NCBI GenBank assembly: GCA_963813025.1
Contig: CAWEXO010000013.1
Location: forward strand, 690,315-754,314
DNA: 64,000 bases
Direction of reading: 5' to 3'
Source of the DNA: an uncultured Verrucomicrobiae bacterium
GTDB lineage: Bacteria; Verrucomicrobiota; Verrucomicrobiia; Chthoniobacterales; JAFAMB01
A program made the position numbers and the translations under genes. The notes under the pieces were generated by a model. The model made no database searches and was not told the DNA's origin. It saw nothing but the letters and a program-made list of their open reading frames with translations. Shown here piece by piece: positions 52,296 through 61,256 of this stretch. Position 1 is the first letter of the stretch; each line of letters starts with the position of its first letter.

Positions 52296-52585
52296 ACTTA
52301 ATTGCTTTCTGGATCTGCGCTTTGACGGCTGCGCTTTGACGGCTTCCAAGTTGAGGACCCTTGCCGGTGATTATGTCTGTCTGGTTGCGCCACCTAGATA
52401 GACCTTATAGGTGCGATCGCCAAACTGCTTGCCTTTTTGCGCCGCTGTTGCTCCGGCCAACATCGTCGCCCACGATGAAGACGAATATTGGTTTCTTTTC
52501 CTGCGCTCACAGTCGTCCGACTGCGCCACGAGGGCAGCCGCACTATTCCCAGGGCATAACTTTACGCTGCTGCTCTTTCTCTCAT
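52296..52585 (-). pseudogene. Collapsed arylsulfatase remnant (N-terminus + two C-terminal pieces)
   Basis: AQEKKP..VFIVGDDVG | GKQFGDRTYK..ITGKGP | NLEAVKAQ align to three separate parts of the intact gene at 56276-57919. Confidence 0.8.
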
Positions 52586-52753
52586 TCGCGTTCCCGCTGA
52601 CAGCCGAAGGAAGGATGGCACCTCCAATGCCGCGTCTCGCTCCGAGTACTCCGGACGAGCAACGGTTGAATGAAGGCAGCTTGCACTGAGTGCAGATCAA
52701 AAAAGACGCGAAGAGAAGCCGAATGATGTCCGCGGGTCTTCCCGGGCTCGATG

Positions 52754-53344
52754 TCATTTCATTTGGATCACAACCGCGTCGCCACCCAGACTCAACATCA
52801 GCCCTTGCCGCTTCGCGACTAGACGCATGATCACACCATTTTCGTTCCTCAGTCGCAGCTCGCCCGCGCTTGTTTTGCCCAGAGCAAAGCCATAGCGGCC
52901 CTGAGCGTATGCGCCCGGGAAGTCGCTGAGTCGATTCAATCCGTAGACCTCGCCCTTTGCCTCAATCTTCGAGATGCCAATCCCTCCGATGCCGAGACCG
53001 CCAACTGTGAATGGGTAAGTATGTCCCCGAAATCTCAGGGTACCGTTGCCCGCATTACCACTGCCCAGATAGGCAGCCTGTATCTCGGTCATTTCTACAT
53101 AACCAGACAGCGGCTTGCCTTGCAGGCTCATCGAGCCGCTCTGAGTGGTGCACGCGGCGAGGTTCGTCAGAGCGAACGCGCAAATTGGGAAAAACGCGCG
53201 TCGTAGCCACGGCGTTTCTGCGCCGGCCCCGGGCGCGCGGCACGCTGCTCTTGAGGCGAGCGCTGAATGATCCGGCACGATAGGCCTCATTTGCTTCGAC
53301 TTTGGGATCACGGGTGTCGCAAAGGTCGTACCAGAATTTTTCAT
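52754..53344 (-). CDS. Lipoprotein, glycine/beta-rich (DUF1134/EipA-like, tentative)
   Basis: Lipobox LAA-C. GTLRFRG..YPFTVGGLGIGGIG, FPGAY, LRNENGVIM. Confidence 0.7.
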   Translation of the reverse strand: MKNSGTTFATPVIPKSKQMRPIVPDHSALASRAACRAPGAGAETPWLRRAFFPICAFALTNLAACTTQSGSMSLQGKPLSGYVEMTEIQAAYLGSGNAGNGTLRFRGHTYPFTVGGLGIGGIGISKIEAKGEVYGLNRLSDFPGAYAQGRYGFALGKTSAGELRLRNENGVIMRLVAKRQGLMLSLGGDAVVIQMK

Positions 53345-53377
53345 AAACGTAGCGTATCAACTTGCCTCGGGCATGGG

Positions 53378-53397
53378 TATTGCACCTTAGTCCCATA
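53378..53397. promoter_or_regulatory. Palindromic box copy TATTGCACCTTAGTCCCATA
   Basis: 34 bp upstream of the lipoprotein start. Confidence 0.7.
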
Positions 53398-53431
53398 GCC
53401 CGCGGTCGCGTGGGCCGGAGGTAATCCGGTG

Positions 53432-54729
53432 TCAGTTCCGAGAACTGACGCTCTTTTTGAGAACTTCTCTATCGACAGAGAGAGAAGTCCATTCTTCCGG
53501 CGGATTCGGGTCGATGCGCATTCTACGCAGCTTATCGATCACCTCCTTTTCGCCCTTGGTGAGTCGCTCGCGTTGAAGTAGGTGCTCTTTCCAAGCGCAG
53601 GCTCGAAACTCAGGCCTTTCGTAAAGTCGATCGAGATCTGAAGGCCCGGCACGATACGGACGATGATCATAAGCAAGAGGGCGAATCCCGCCGCCCCCAG
53701 AAAAGTGGGAATGACTCCAGCGTCATGCGCTGCCAGTCCCCAGATTATCCCACCAAGAGCAGTCGCCGCCTGCGCAACCATGACCATGGTCGCGTTCATT
53801 CGCCCCCGCGCCCAACCAGGCATCGCCCGCTGACTTGCTACCCAGAGTTCGGAAGCAGACAGGGTCAAACCCATGCCACCAAACGCTGCAACCAGCAAGA
53901 ACACGTACGGTCGATGGACAAAAGCCATTAGACAGCAATTTAACAGCAACACGAGATTCGCGAAGGTGGTGATCCGTTGCGGCGAATACTTGGCCCGTGC
54001 CCACGGAATAATGAAAGCGCCGCTGATAACTGAACCGACGGCATGCTCGTGAAGAGATATCCCAAGTGGGAAGCTTTAAGATGTAATTCCTTCAAGCCGA
54101 CAACCGGCATCAACGACGGAATAATAGAGATAAAGAACGAAAACAACGCGTGTCGCGCCAGAAGAATCTTAATTCCGGAAGTGTAACGCACATAACGGAT
54201 CGCCGTTGTTAACGACTCGAAGAAGTTCTCCAGTGGAAGGTTTGACTGCGTACGTACCCGCTTCCACTGCAGAATCGCCAGGAACATGAGAAGGAATCCC
54301 AGCGCGTTGGCGCCAAAGATGAAGCTTACTCCGACCGATGACGGACGAGTGGGCCGGGGAGCTAAACGCAAAACCCGCGCTGAAAAGGAACGCGCTTGCC
54401 AGAATGAGGTAAGGGTTAAGCAGATGCGCCATCCACAGAATAGCCAGGGCGACCGCGATGGAGGCGTGCCAGAGTTGAACTGTTAATAAAATCTTTTTGC
54501 GATCTACCATGTCGGCGATAGCGCCCGCCGGTAAGGTGAACAGCGTGCCGGGAAGTGCCGAAACCGTGGCCATCAGCGAGATATTCTGGGTCGAGGCACC
54601 CAACGAGTTCAATGCCCAATAGGCAGCTGTGTTGTGGGCCCCGATGCAACTGCCAGAGACGACCATTGCCAACCAGAGTCTTTTAAAGACGGGGTTTCGC
54701 AATGCGATCCAAGTAGAGGTCTTTTTCAT
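53432..54729 (-). pseudogene. MFS transporter (MFS_3-type) with frameshifts and two internal deletions
   Basis: WIALRNPVFKRLW, PAGAIADMVDRKK, PGWARGR and the C-terminal EHLLQRERLT..DPNPPEE are present. Intervening segments are missing. Confidence 0.8.
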
Positions 54730-54901
54730 TGGGGGAGTGGTCGGGGTTAAACTGTTTAGGTTAGGGTAGTGCAAATCGTAGAGATCGCGTACGGAATGCC
54801 GCGTGCGAGATGCGAATGATGATAAACATCTTCTTTCCAGCAGAGAACGCGGCCAGTCCGAAGCACCCAGACAAGAAAGAGAGACGCGCTAGCACCAAGC
54901 C

Positions 54902-55359
54902 CTAGCTCTCGGTGTACACCTCGATACGCCCTTGCCGGGCCGCGCGCACCAGTGCCTTATAATCGCGCTCGTTCTGCTCCGCATAGGCAGTTGCGAAATC
55001 GGCTACAGCCTCGTCAAACTGATCGCCTTTGCCCAGATAGCCTGCGATCAGGGCAGGTTGGCCGGCCCGGGCGTGTCCCCGGGCCAACGCCCAACCGCAA
55101 TACTCCGCGTATTGGACCATTACGCTGAGGGTGAACAGCTCGACCAAAAGCTTGATCTTCATGTCGTGCAGTTGCCGAACGTAGAAGTGGCGGCCCTCGC
55201 GGCCCTCCGTCCACCCAAGGAACAGATCGCTGGCCGACTGCATCAGCCTCAGGCCGGTGACCACCCGCTGGCCGCGGTTCGCATAAATGCTCTTACCCGC
55301 GTAGGGCTCAAGACGGAGGTTCCGGCTTCCTCAACCTGGAGAAACAGCGGGTCGTCGCT
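54902..55359 (-). pseudogene. DUF2252 family protein, C-terminal fragment
   Basis: DPLFLQV.EA..SV, GQRVV.G.RLMQSASDLFLGW, FYVRQL.DMK, CGWALARGHAR, YAEQNERDY. Confidence 0.8.
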
Positions 55360-55696
55360 TCAATATCGGTAGAGGATTTCAGGATGCTGCAGATCCGGCT
55401 TAATGTCGGTCGAGGCCCCACCAGCGAATCTCCGGATGTCCGGATACTTCATGATCGACTTGTCGAAGTCCAGGATTACCGGCTCGATAAGCGCCAAAAC
55501 CCAGCCGTTGTCCTGGCCCGCATACCTTCCCGGCGCGAATAGCAACCGAAATCATTCCAACCGGTGTCGTCGGCCATCAGCCTGACTATATTGGGTTTCT
55601 TTTCCTGTGCTTGCAGGGCCTCGGTCGCGCCCATGAGCGCGCCGCGGCTATTGGAACGAACAATCCGTAACTGACTATTTTTGGTTTATAGTTCAT
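55360..55696 (-). pseudogene. Second collapsed arylsulfatase remnant
   Basis: MNYKPKIV..LQAQEKKPNIVRLMADDTGWNDFGCY joins directly to a putative C-terminal piece PGRYAGQDNGW..KYPDIRRFAGGAS. Confidence 0.7.
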
Positions 55697-55752
55697 TAGT
55701 TTTTTTGGTGTTGTTAGTTGGCATTGTTTTCGCCAGAACAAGGTTATTTCGC

Positions 55753-55780
55753 AAAAAAAGCGCCCGGTCCATCGGGCGCT
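55753..55780 (-). terminator. Rho-independent terminator
   Basis: Stem AGCGCCCG/CGGGCGCT followed by a T-run on the minus strand, just after the small lipoprotein stop. Confidence 0.75.
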
Positions 55781-55785
55781 CTCGT

Positions 55786-56200
55786 TTAGCGGCGGAATCC
55801 TATCCCTCCCATCCCTCCTACACCACCCCAGCCGCCCCACGAGCCCCAGTCCATTGAGGCCTCCTGGTTCATCTCCGCGGCTTCAAGATTTTCGCTAGAC
55901 AATTTATTCGCCAAACGAAGCTGTTTGTAGGCTTGATACTGTTGCGGACCGCCCACGTAGGCCTAGTTGTTAGCTGCGTCCGGGAAAACGTAATAAGTCT
56001 TCCCGCCTTGCTGGACCAAGGTCACTTTGTCCGGCGGCAGTGTTTTGAGTTTTTGTTGATGCGCGGCAGTACGGGGGACCATCACTTTAAAACCCGCGGC
56101 GATCAGAAGATTCTCTTTGTTCTGCGCCTGCATGCCGGTGCAGCCCACTGCCAGGGCTAGAAAGAGCGAAGGCGCCGATAAGACTGAATCCGTTGATTAA
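55786..56200 (-). pseudogene. Small lipoprotein with in-frame TAG and damaged 5' end
   Basis: LAVG-C lipobox. ENLLIAAGFK..YYVFPDAANN*AYVGGPQQYQAY..WGSWGGWGG..RR* reads through the TAG at 55963-55965. Confidence 0.7.
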
Positions 56201-56275
56201 ACCCGCCCCGGGGCTTTCCATCTCCAGTAAGGGCGGGCGGACCTTGCGAGCCGCCCGCCGTGAAGGTCATTTCTG

Positions 56276-57919
56276 CTACTCGCTGGGGCCTTTGCTCGCC
56301 GCCTCCGCCTGTTGCATCTTTTTCGCCATCTCCGCTTTCACCGCATCGAGGTTGAAGCTCGCGCCCCTTTGCATCGGCGGGAAATCCAGGAAGGTCTGGA
56401 GTTCTTTGCCCATCAGCTGCTGGACAAACACAAAGCGCCAGAATTGATACTTGAACCAATCGAAGTATTGCTGCGCCCCTTCTTTCGTCCCATCGTTTGG
56501 CCAGCCCGTGCGCTCGAACGGATCGAGGCGAAGGTTGGTGATGTACGGCACGTCAGGTTTGGTCTTCTCACCGAGCCAGCCTTGGGGTTGGTCGATGAAG
56601 CGGAACTTGTAATCGTCAATGCGCACCGCGCCGACGGTGCTTTCGCCGAGGTAGAAGATTTCGTGACGCGTGGACGGGCCTTTGCCGGTGATGGCGGCCA
56701 TCTGGTCATAGCCGTCGAGGTGGTTCTTGTAAGTCCGGTCGCCGAGTTTCACACCCTCGAGCAACTGGTCCGTGATATTCGGGTTGCCAGCGGCATCGAG
56801 GAAGGTGGGAAACCAGTCCATGCCGGAGAAGATGCCGTTCTGAACGGAGTCCGCCGGCACATGGCCGGGCCAGCGCAGGATGCATGGCACGCGGAAGCCG
56901 CCCTCCATGACCGTCCCTTTGGCCTGCGCGAACGGTGTCTGTCCGCCATCAGGCCAGGTAAAGACCTCGGTGCCGTTGTCGGTGGTGAAAACGACGATCG
57001 TGTTGTCATCAACGCCCATGTCCTTGAGCTTCTGCATCACCAAACCGACGTCGTCATCGAGCTGGGCCATGCCGGCTTCTTCTTCCGACCAGCCATTCTC
57101 CGAGTTACGCATCTTCTCATACTTGTCCGAGAGGTGCGTGACAATGTGCATGCGCGTCGGGTTGAGCCAGCAGAAGAACGGCTTGCCGTCCTTTTGGGCC
57201 TTTTCCATGAAATTCAAGGCGAGATCGCGAATCTCATTATCCACGGTTTTCATCCGTTCGGGAAAAAGCGTCCCGGCGTCCTCGATCTTCTGTTTGCCGA
57301 TCTTGCCCCAGCGCGGCATCTCGGTGGTGTCGTCCGTATCGGTGGCCCAGCTATGGACCATGTTGCGCGGGCCGACGACGTTCAACAGATTTTGCGGGTA
57401 GTTGGGATGCGCCGGGTCTTCCATCGCGTCCAAGTGATAGAGGTAGCCGAAGAATTCATCGAACCCGTGGACGGTAGGCAGGAACTCATTCTTGTCGCCA
57501 AGGTGATTCTTGCCGAACTGGCCGGTGGCGTAGCCCTGCGCTTTGAGCGCGGTGGCAATTGTGCACGCCTCGGCGGGCAATCCTATCGATGCACCGGCCT
57601 GGCCGACCGTGGTCATGCCGGTGCGGATCGGCAGCTGGCCGGTGATGAAGTTCGCGCGACCCGCCGTGCAGCTTGCCTCGGCGTAGTAGTCGGTAAACAA
57701 CATGCCTTCTTTGGCGATCTTATCGAGGTTCGGCGTCTTCCCGGCCATCATGCCCCGGTGATACGCACCGATGTTCCACATGCCGATGTCGTCACCCATG
57801 ATGAAGACGATGTTGGGTTTCTTTTCCTGCGCCTGCAATGGTCCGGCTGCTCCGATGAGCGCAACCGTGGCGGTCAGTAATGATAGACTGTAACCGACTA
57901 CTTTTGGTTTATATTTCAT
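56276..57919 (-). CDS. Arylsulfatase (Cys-type), secreted
   Basis: Signal peptide. KPNIVFIMGDD, SCTAGR (CxAxR formylglycine motif), GKNHLG, TTDNG, EGGFRVP. Confidence 0.95.
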   Translation of the reverse strand: MKYKPKVVGYSLSLLTATVALIGAAGPLQAQEKKPNIVFIMGDDIGMWNIGAYHRGMMAGKTPNLDKIAKEGMLFTDYYAEASCTAGRANFITGQLPIRTGMTTVGQAGASIGLPAEACTIATALKAQGYATGQFGKNHLGDKNEFLPTVHGFDEFFGYLYHLDAMEDPAHPNYPQNLLNVVGPRNMVHSWATDTDDTTEMPRWGKIGKQKIEDAGTLFPERMKTVDNEIRDLALNFMEKAQKDGKPFFCWLNPTRMHIVTHLSDKYEKMRNSENGWSEEEAGMAQLDDDVGLVMQKLKDMGVDDNTIVVFTTDNGTEVFTWPDGGQTPFAQAKGTVMEGGFRVPCILRWPGHVPADSVQNGIFSGMDWFPTFLDAAGNPNITDQLLEGVKLGDRTYKNHLDGYDQMAAITGKGPSTRHEIFYLGESTVGAVRIDDYKFRFIDQPQGWLGEKTKPDVPYITNLRLDPFERTGWPNDGTKEGAQQYFDWFKYQFWRFVFVQQLMGKELQTFLDFPPMQRGASFNLDAVKAEMAKKMQQAEAASKGPSE

Positions 57920-57933
57920 AATTTTGGGAGTTG

Positions 57934-59151
57934 TTAGTTGGAGCTGTCTGCGTCAGCGGACGTCGATTTTGCAAACAAGTCACCTCCCGCCGAGCGGGTA
58001 ACTTGCGCATCGTCTCCGGAGATCACGCACCGGAAACCTGTATGGGACGAGCCGGTGTCGGGCGGCGTCCCGCGACGCGCGCTCGGGCGATAACTCTCGC
58101 AATAAGAGGGGTTGCAAAGGAATGATCCTCCTTTAACCACGCGCTTAGGAGAGTACGGATCGCCTGAATCATAACTCTCCACCGGTCCACCGGGGTCGCG
58201 GCACATATTTTTGCTGGCGGCCTCGATGTGGCTATCGGCCCGATACCAGTCGCTGCACCATTGCCAGACGTTGCCGGCCATGTCGTACAAGCCGTAGCCA
58301 TTCGCAGGGAAGGAGCCGACCGGCGAAGTGCCGATAAATCCATCTTCGCCACTGTCTCGAACCGGAAATAATCCCTGCCAGGTGTTTGCCATGAATTTTC
58401 CGCCCGGCTTGAACTCGTCACCCCAGATGTAGCGCTTTGCTTCCAACCCGCCGCGGGCCGCGAATTCCCACTCAGCTTCCGTGGGCAGCCGTTTACCCGC
58501 CCATTGGGCATAGGCCACCGCGTCGTACCAGGAGACCTGAACGACTGGATGATTTTCTCGCCCCTGGATAGAACTTTCAGGGCCTTCCGGATGCCGCCAG
58601 TTTGCCCCGTGTACCCAACGCCACCAAGCCGACAAGTCATTGAGGGGGACCGGTCCAGCGGTTCGGGTAAACACCAGCGCTCCCGGCGCCAGAGCGCTCT
58701 CATCCGGCCTGGGTGTACCGGGCGGAAGCTCTTTCTTCAAATTCTCCCAATCAATCTTACGTTCTGCGGTGGTCACATACCCGGTCGCTTCAATGAATTT
58801 AGAGAACTCGGCGTTCGTCACGTCGTGCTCATCGATCCAAAAACCCTGCACCTGAACGAGGTGGGCCGGCCGCTCGTTTGGAAAACTCTCTTTATCGTCG
58901 GTTCCCATCAGGAACGTGCCTCCCGGGATCCAGACCGTTCCCGGCGGCGCCAGCCTGCGATCTTGATGCTCGGACCGCTCGTCGGAATTCGCGGCAGCAG
59001 TGTTCGCGCTTACCGATGTTCCTTTTGAGCCCACTAGTGTCGAGGCAATCCCAAGAAGAACGCAAAGTAACAACGCGAGTTGAGCGCCTTCCAAAATCGT
59101 GGCGATCGCACTACGAGGGACGCTCCGACCTTTCATCCGCGAGAAACGCAT
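57934..59151 (-). CDS. Formylglycine-generating enzyme (SUMF1/FGE family)
   Basis: HPVVQVSWYDA, RLPTEAEWEFAARGG, DMAGNVWQW, KGGSFLCNPSYC..YRPSAR, HTGFRC. Confidence 0.93.
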   Translation of the reverse strand: MRFSRMKGRSVPRSAIATILEGAQLALLLCVLLGIASTLVGSKGTSVSANTAAANSDERSEHQDRRLAPPGTVWIPGGTFLMGTDDKESFPNERPAHLVQVQGFWIDEHDVTNAEFSKFIEATGYVTTAERKIDWENLKKELPPGTPRPDESALAPGALVFTRTAGPVPLNDLSAWWRWVHGANWRHPEGPESSIQGRENHPVVQVSWYDAVAYAQWAGKRLPTEAEWEFAARGGLEAKRYIWGDEFKPGGKFMANTWQGLFPVRDSGEDGFIGTSPVGSFPANGYGLYDMAGNVWQWCSDWYRADSHIEAASKNMCRDPGGPVESYDSGDPYSPKRVVKGGSFLCNPSYCESYRPSARRGTPPDTGSSHTGFRCVISGDDAQVTRSAGGDLFAKSTSADADSSN

Positions 59152-59199
59152 AGGTGATTCCAGCAGTCGTAAATAGACCGCGGAGGGCTTTGATTTGTA

Positions 59200-59219
59200 T
59201 ATGGTACCTTGGGGCTATG
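59200..59219. promoter_or_regulatory. Degenerate box copy TATGGTACCTTGGGGCTATG
   Basis: 49 bp upstream of the FGE start. Confidence 0.55.
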
Positions 59220-59349
59220 CTGGGCTGCGGCGCGGACCCGCGGACTCCCGCACCGATCACGCCGCGGAGCGGAGTGCTTGGTCGGCGGGGGAGGGAAACG
59301 CTTCCTTACGAATAACGCTGGCCCGGATGCGGATGCCCGCGGTCCGATG

Positions 59350-59941
59350 TCACTGCATTTGGATAACGACGGCGTCGCCGCCCAGACTCAGCATGAGCCC
59401 TTGCCGCTTTGCGACCAGACGCATGATCACCCATTTCAGTTCTTTCAGCCACAGGTCGCCCGTGCTCGCCGTCCCCCCAGGGCGAAGCCATAGCAGCCCT
59501 GAACATACGCGCCCGGGAAGTCGTTGAGGCGCTCCAGTCCGTAGACCTGGCCCTTCGCCTCGATCTTCGAGATGCCGATCCCTCCAACAGCGAGCCCACC
59601 GACGGTGAATGGATAGCCACGTCCCCGGTACCTGAGGGTTCCTTTGCCCGCATTGCCGCTGCCTATATAGGCAGCCTGGACCTGAGTCATTGTCACGTTC
59701 CCAGACAGCGGTTTGCCTTGCAGGCTCATTGAGCCGCTCTGAGTGCTGCACGCGGCGAGATTCAGCAGAGCGGCAGCGCAAATTGAGAGACGTGCGCGCC
59801 TGAGCCACGGCGTTTCTGAGCCGGTCCTGGATGAGCAGCGGGCTGCGCTGGAGGCGAGCGCTCGATGATTCGCATGATGTGCCTCATTTGCGGGAACTTT
59901 GGGATCACTGGTGTCGCAAAAGTCGTATCAGAATTTTCCAC
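59350..59941 (-). pseudogene. Frameshifted paralog of the lipoprotein at 52754-53344
   Basis: SMSLQGKPLSG, YPFTVGGL, DFPGAY and RLVAKRQGLMLSLGGDAVVIQM are shared. Frameshifts occur near 59480 and upstream. Confidence 0.82.
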
Positions 59942-59974
59942 GAAAGAAGCGTATCTACTTGCCTCAGGGATGGG

Positions 59975-59994
59975 TATTGCACCTCAGTCCCATA
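59975..59994. promoter_or_regulatory. Palindromic box copy TATTGCACCTCAGTCCCATA
   Basis: Same position relative to the start as the 53378 copy (duplicated with the gene). Confidence 0.7.
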
Positions 59995-60140
59995 GCCCCT
60001 GGTCGCGTGACCAGAGACCGGGCAGAGTCAAGATCTCAGGTCCTTTCGCGAAACTCCCAGAAGGAGTTCGTCTGAGTGCAGCGGTGAGCTGTATATTGCA
60101 CCTTGGAGGTGCTGGACTACGCCGCGGTTCCCCGCAGTGC

Positions 60141-60518
60141 TCACGCCGCGGAGAGGAGCGCCTGATTGACAAGCGAAAGAAACGCCTCGTCGTCGAAAGG
60201 CTTCACGAGAAAGGCAAACGCGCCACCTTCCAGCGCAGCTGCACGAATTGCGGGCGTTTCCCGGCCGGTCACAACAATCACTTTTGTATCGGGCGAGGTC
60301 TCGCGCAGCTGCGCCTGCACTTCCAGGCCGCTCGTTTCCGGCATCCACACATCGAGAACGGCCAAGGACACTGGATGGGTGCGGGCATGCGCGATCAACT
60401 CCTCTGCGGTTTTGAAACTCAGTGCCTGCCGCCCATCCGAATCGAGCAGTTGCTCAATCGAATTTCTCACCGATGCATCGTCATCGAGAATGCATATGGA
60501 TTCAGGCTCTGCACACAT
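60141..60518 (-). CDS. Single-domain response regulator (receiver only)
   Basis: ILDDD, VLDVWMP, VVTG, FLVKPF. Confidence 0.9.
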   Translation of the reverse strand: MCAEPESICILDDDASVRNSIEQLLDSDGRQALSFKTAEELIAHARTHPVSLAVLDVWMPETSGLEVQAQLRETSPDTKVIVVTGRETPAIRAAALEGGAFAFLVKPFDDEAFLSLVNQALLSAA

Positions 60519-60533
60519 GGATCAGCACCGGAT

Positions 60534-61223
60534 CTACTCCAAGTGCCGGACCAAGCATACGTTTTCGCGCTGCGATCGCCATTGTCCCTTGGGGCCATGC
60601 AACAGCGCGGGCGCTATGCCTGCCTTCTGCGCCAGCCCTACCAACTCGGCCACGGAGACCACGCCCATCTTCTGCATCACGCGAGCGCGATGGGTCTTAA
60701 CTGTGCGAAGGGTGATACCGAGTTCCGCGCCAATCTGCTTGTTGAGCAGTCCGGCGATCACCAACCGAAAGACCTCGAACTCTCGTGGCGTGAGCTTCGC
60801 CAGTCGCGCGCGGTTTTCCGCCATCTCGCCGCGCTGCTGCCACTGCTCGGCGGATCGCACCAGCGCCTTCGTCACGGCGGAGAGCAGTTCGTTGTCCCTA
60901 AACGGTTTCGGCAAAAAATCGGACGCCCCGCTTTTCATCGCACTGATCGCCATTGGTATATCACCGTGCCCGGCGATGAAGACTATTTGCTCCATTCTAC
61001 CCTCCTTCGTGAGTTGTCGCTGCAGGGCGAGTCCGTCGAGTCCCGGCAGCTGCACGTCGAGCACGAGGCAGGCTGGACCGGGGTGTGGCACGCGCGCGAA
61101 GTATTCGTCGGCGCTGGCGAAGATCTCGACCGCGTAGTCCTCTGTCGCCAGCAAATTAGCGAGGCTCGTTCGGACCGAGCGGTCGTCATCCACCACGAAA
61201 ACGCGCGATTCCAGCTCTCTCAT
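60534..61223 (-). CDS. FixJ/NodW-family response regulator (REC + LuxR HTH)
   Basis: VVDDD, CLVLDVQLP, DFLPKPF, LTPREFEV, NKQIGAELGITLRTVKTHRARVMQK. Confidence 0.94.
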   Translation of the reverse strand: MRELESRVFVVDDDRSVRTSLANLLATEDYAVEIFASADEYFARVPHPGPACLVLDVQLPGLDGLALQRQLTKEGRMEQIVFIAGHGDIPMAISAMKSGASDFLPKPFRDNELLSAVTKALVRSAEQWQQRGEMAENRARLAKLTPREFEVFRLVIAGLLNKQIGAELGITLRTVKTHRARVMQKMGVVSVAELVGLAQKAGIAPALLHGPKGQWRSQRENVCLVRHLE

Positions 61224-61256
61224 GCGTCTCGTCCTCCATCGACTGTCACGATGCTC

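Noticed and set aside
55110..55129. Additional box copy TATTGGACCATTACGCTGAG
   Set aside because: Only a half-site, and it lies inside DUF2252 coding remnant, so it is likely chance.
55963..55965. Pyrrolysine or stop-codon readthrough at the in-frame TAG
   Set aside because: TAG ends many normal genes here, no pyl genes are visible, and the surrounding region is decayed.
56312..57880. 522-aa plus-strand ORF
   Set aside because: Antisense shadow of the arylsulfatase, typical of high-GC codon bias, with no recognisable motifs.
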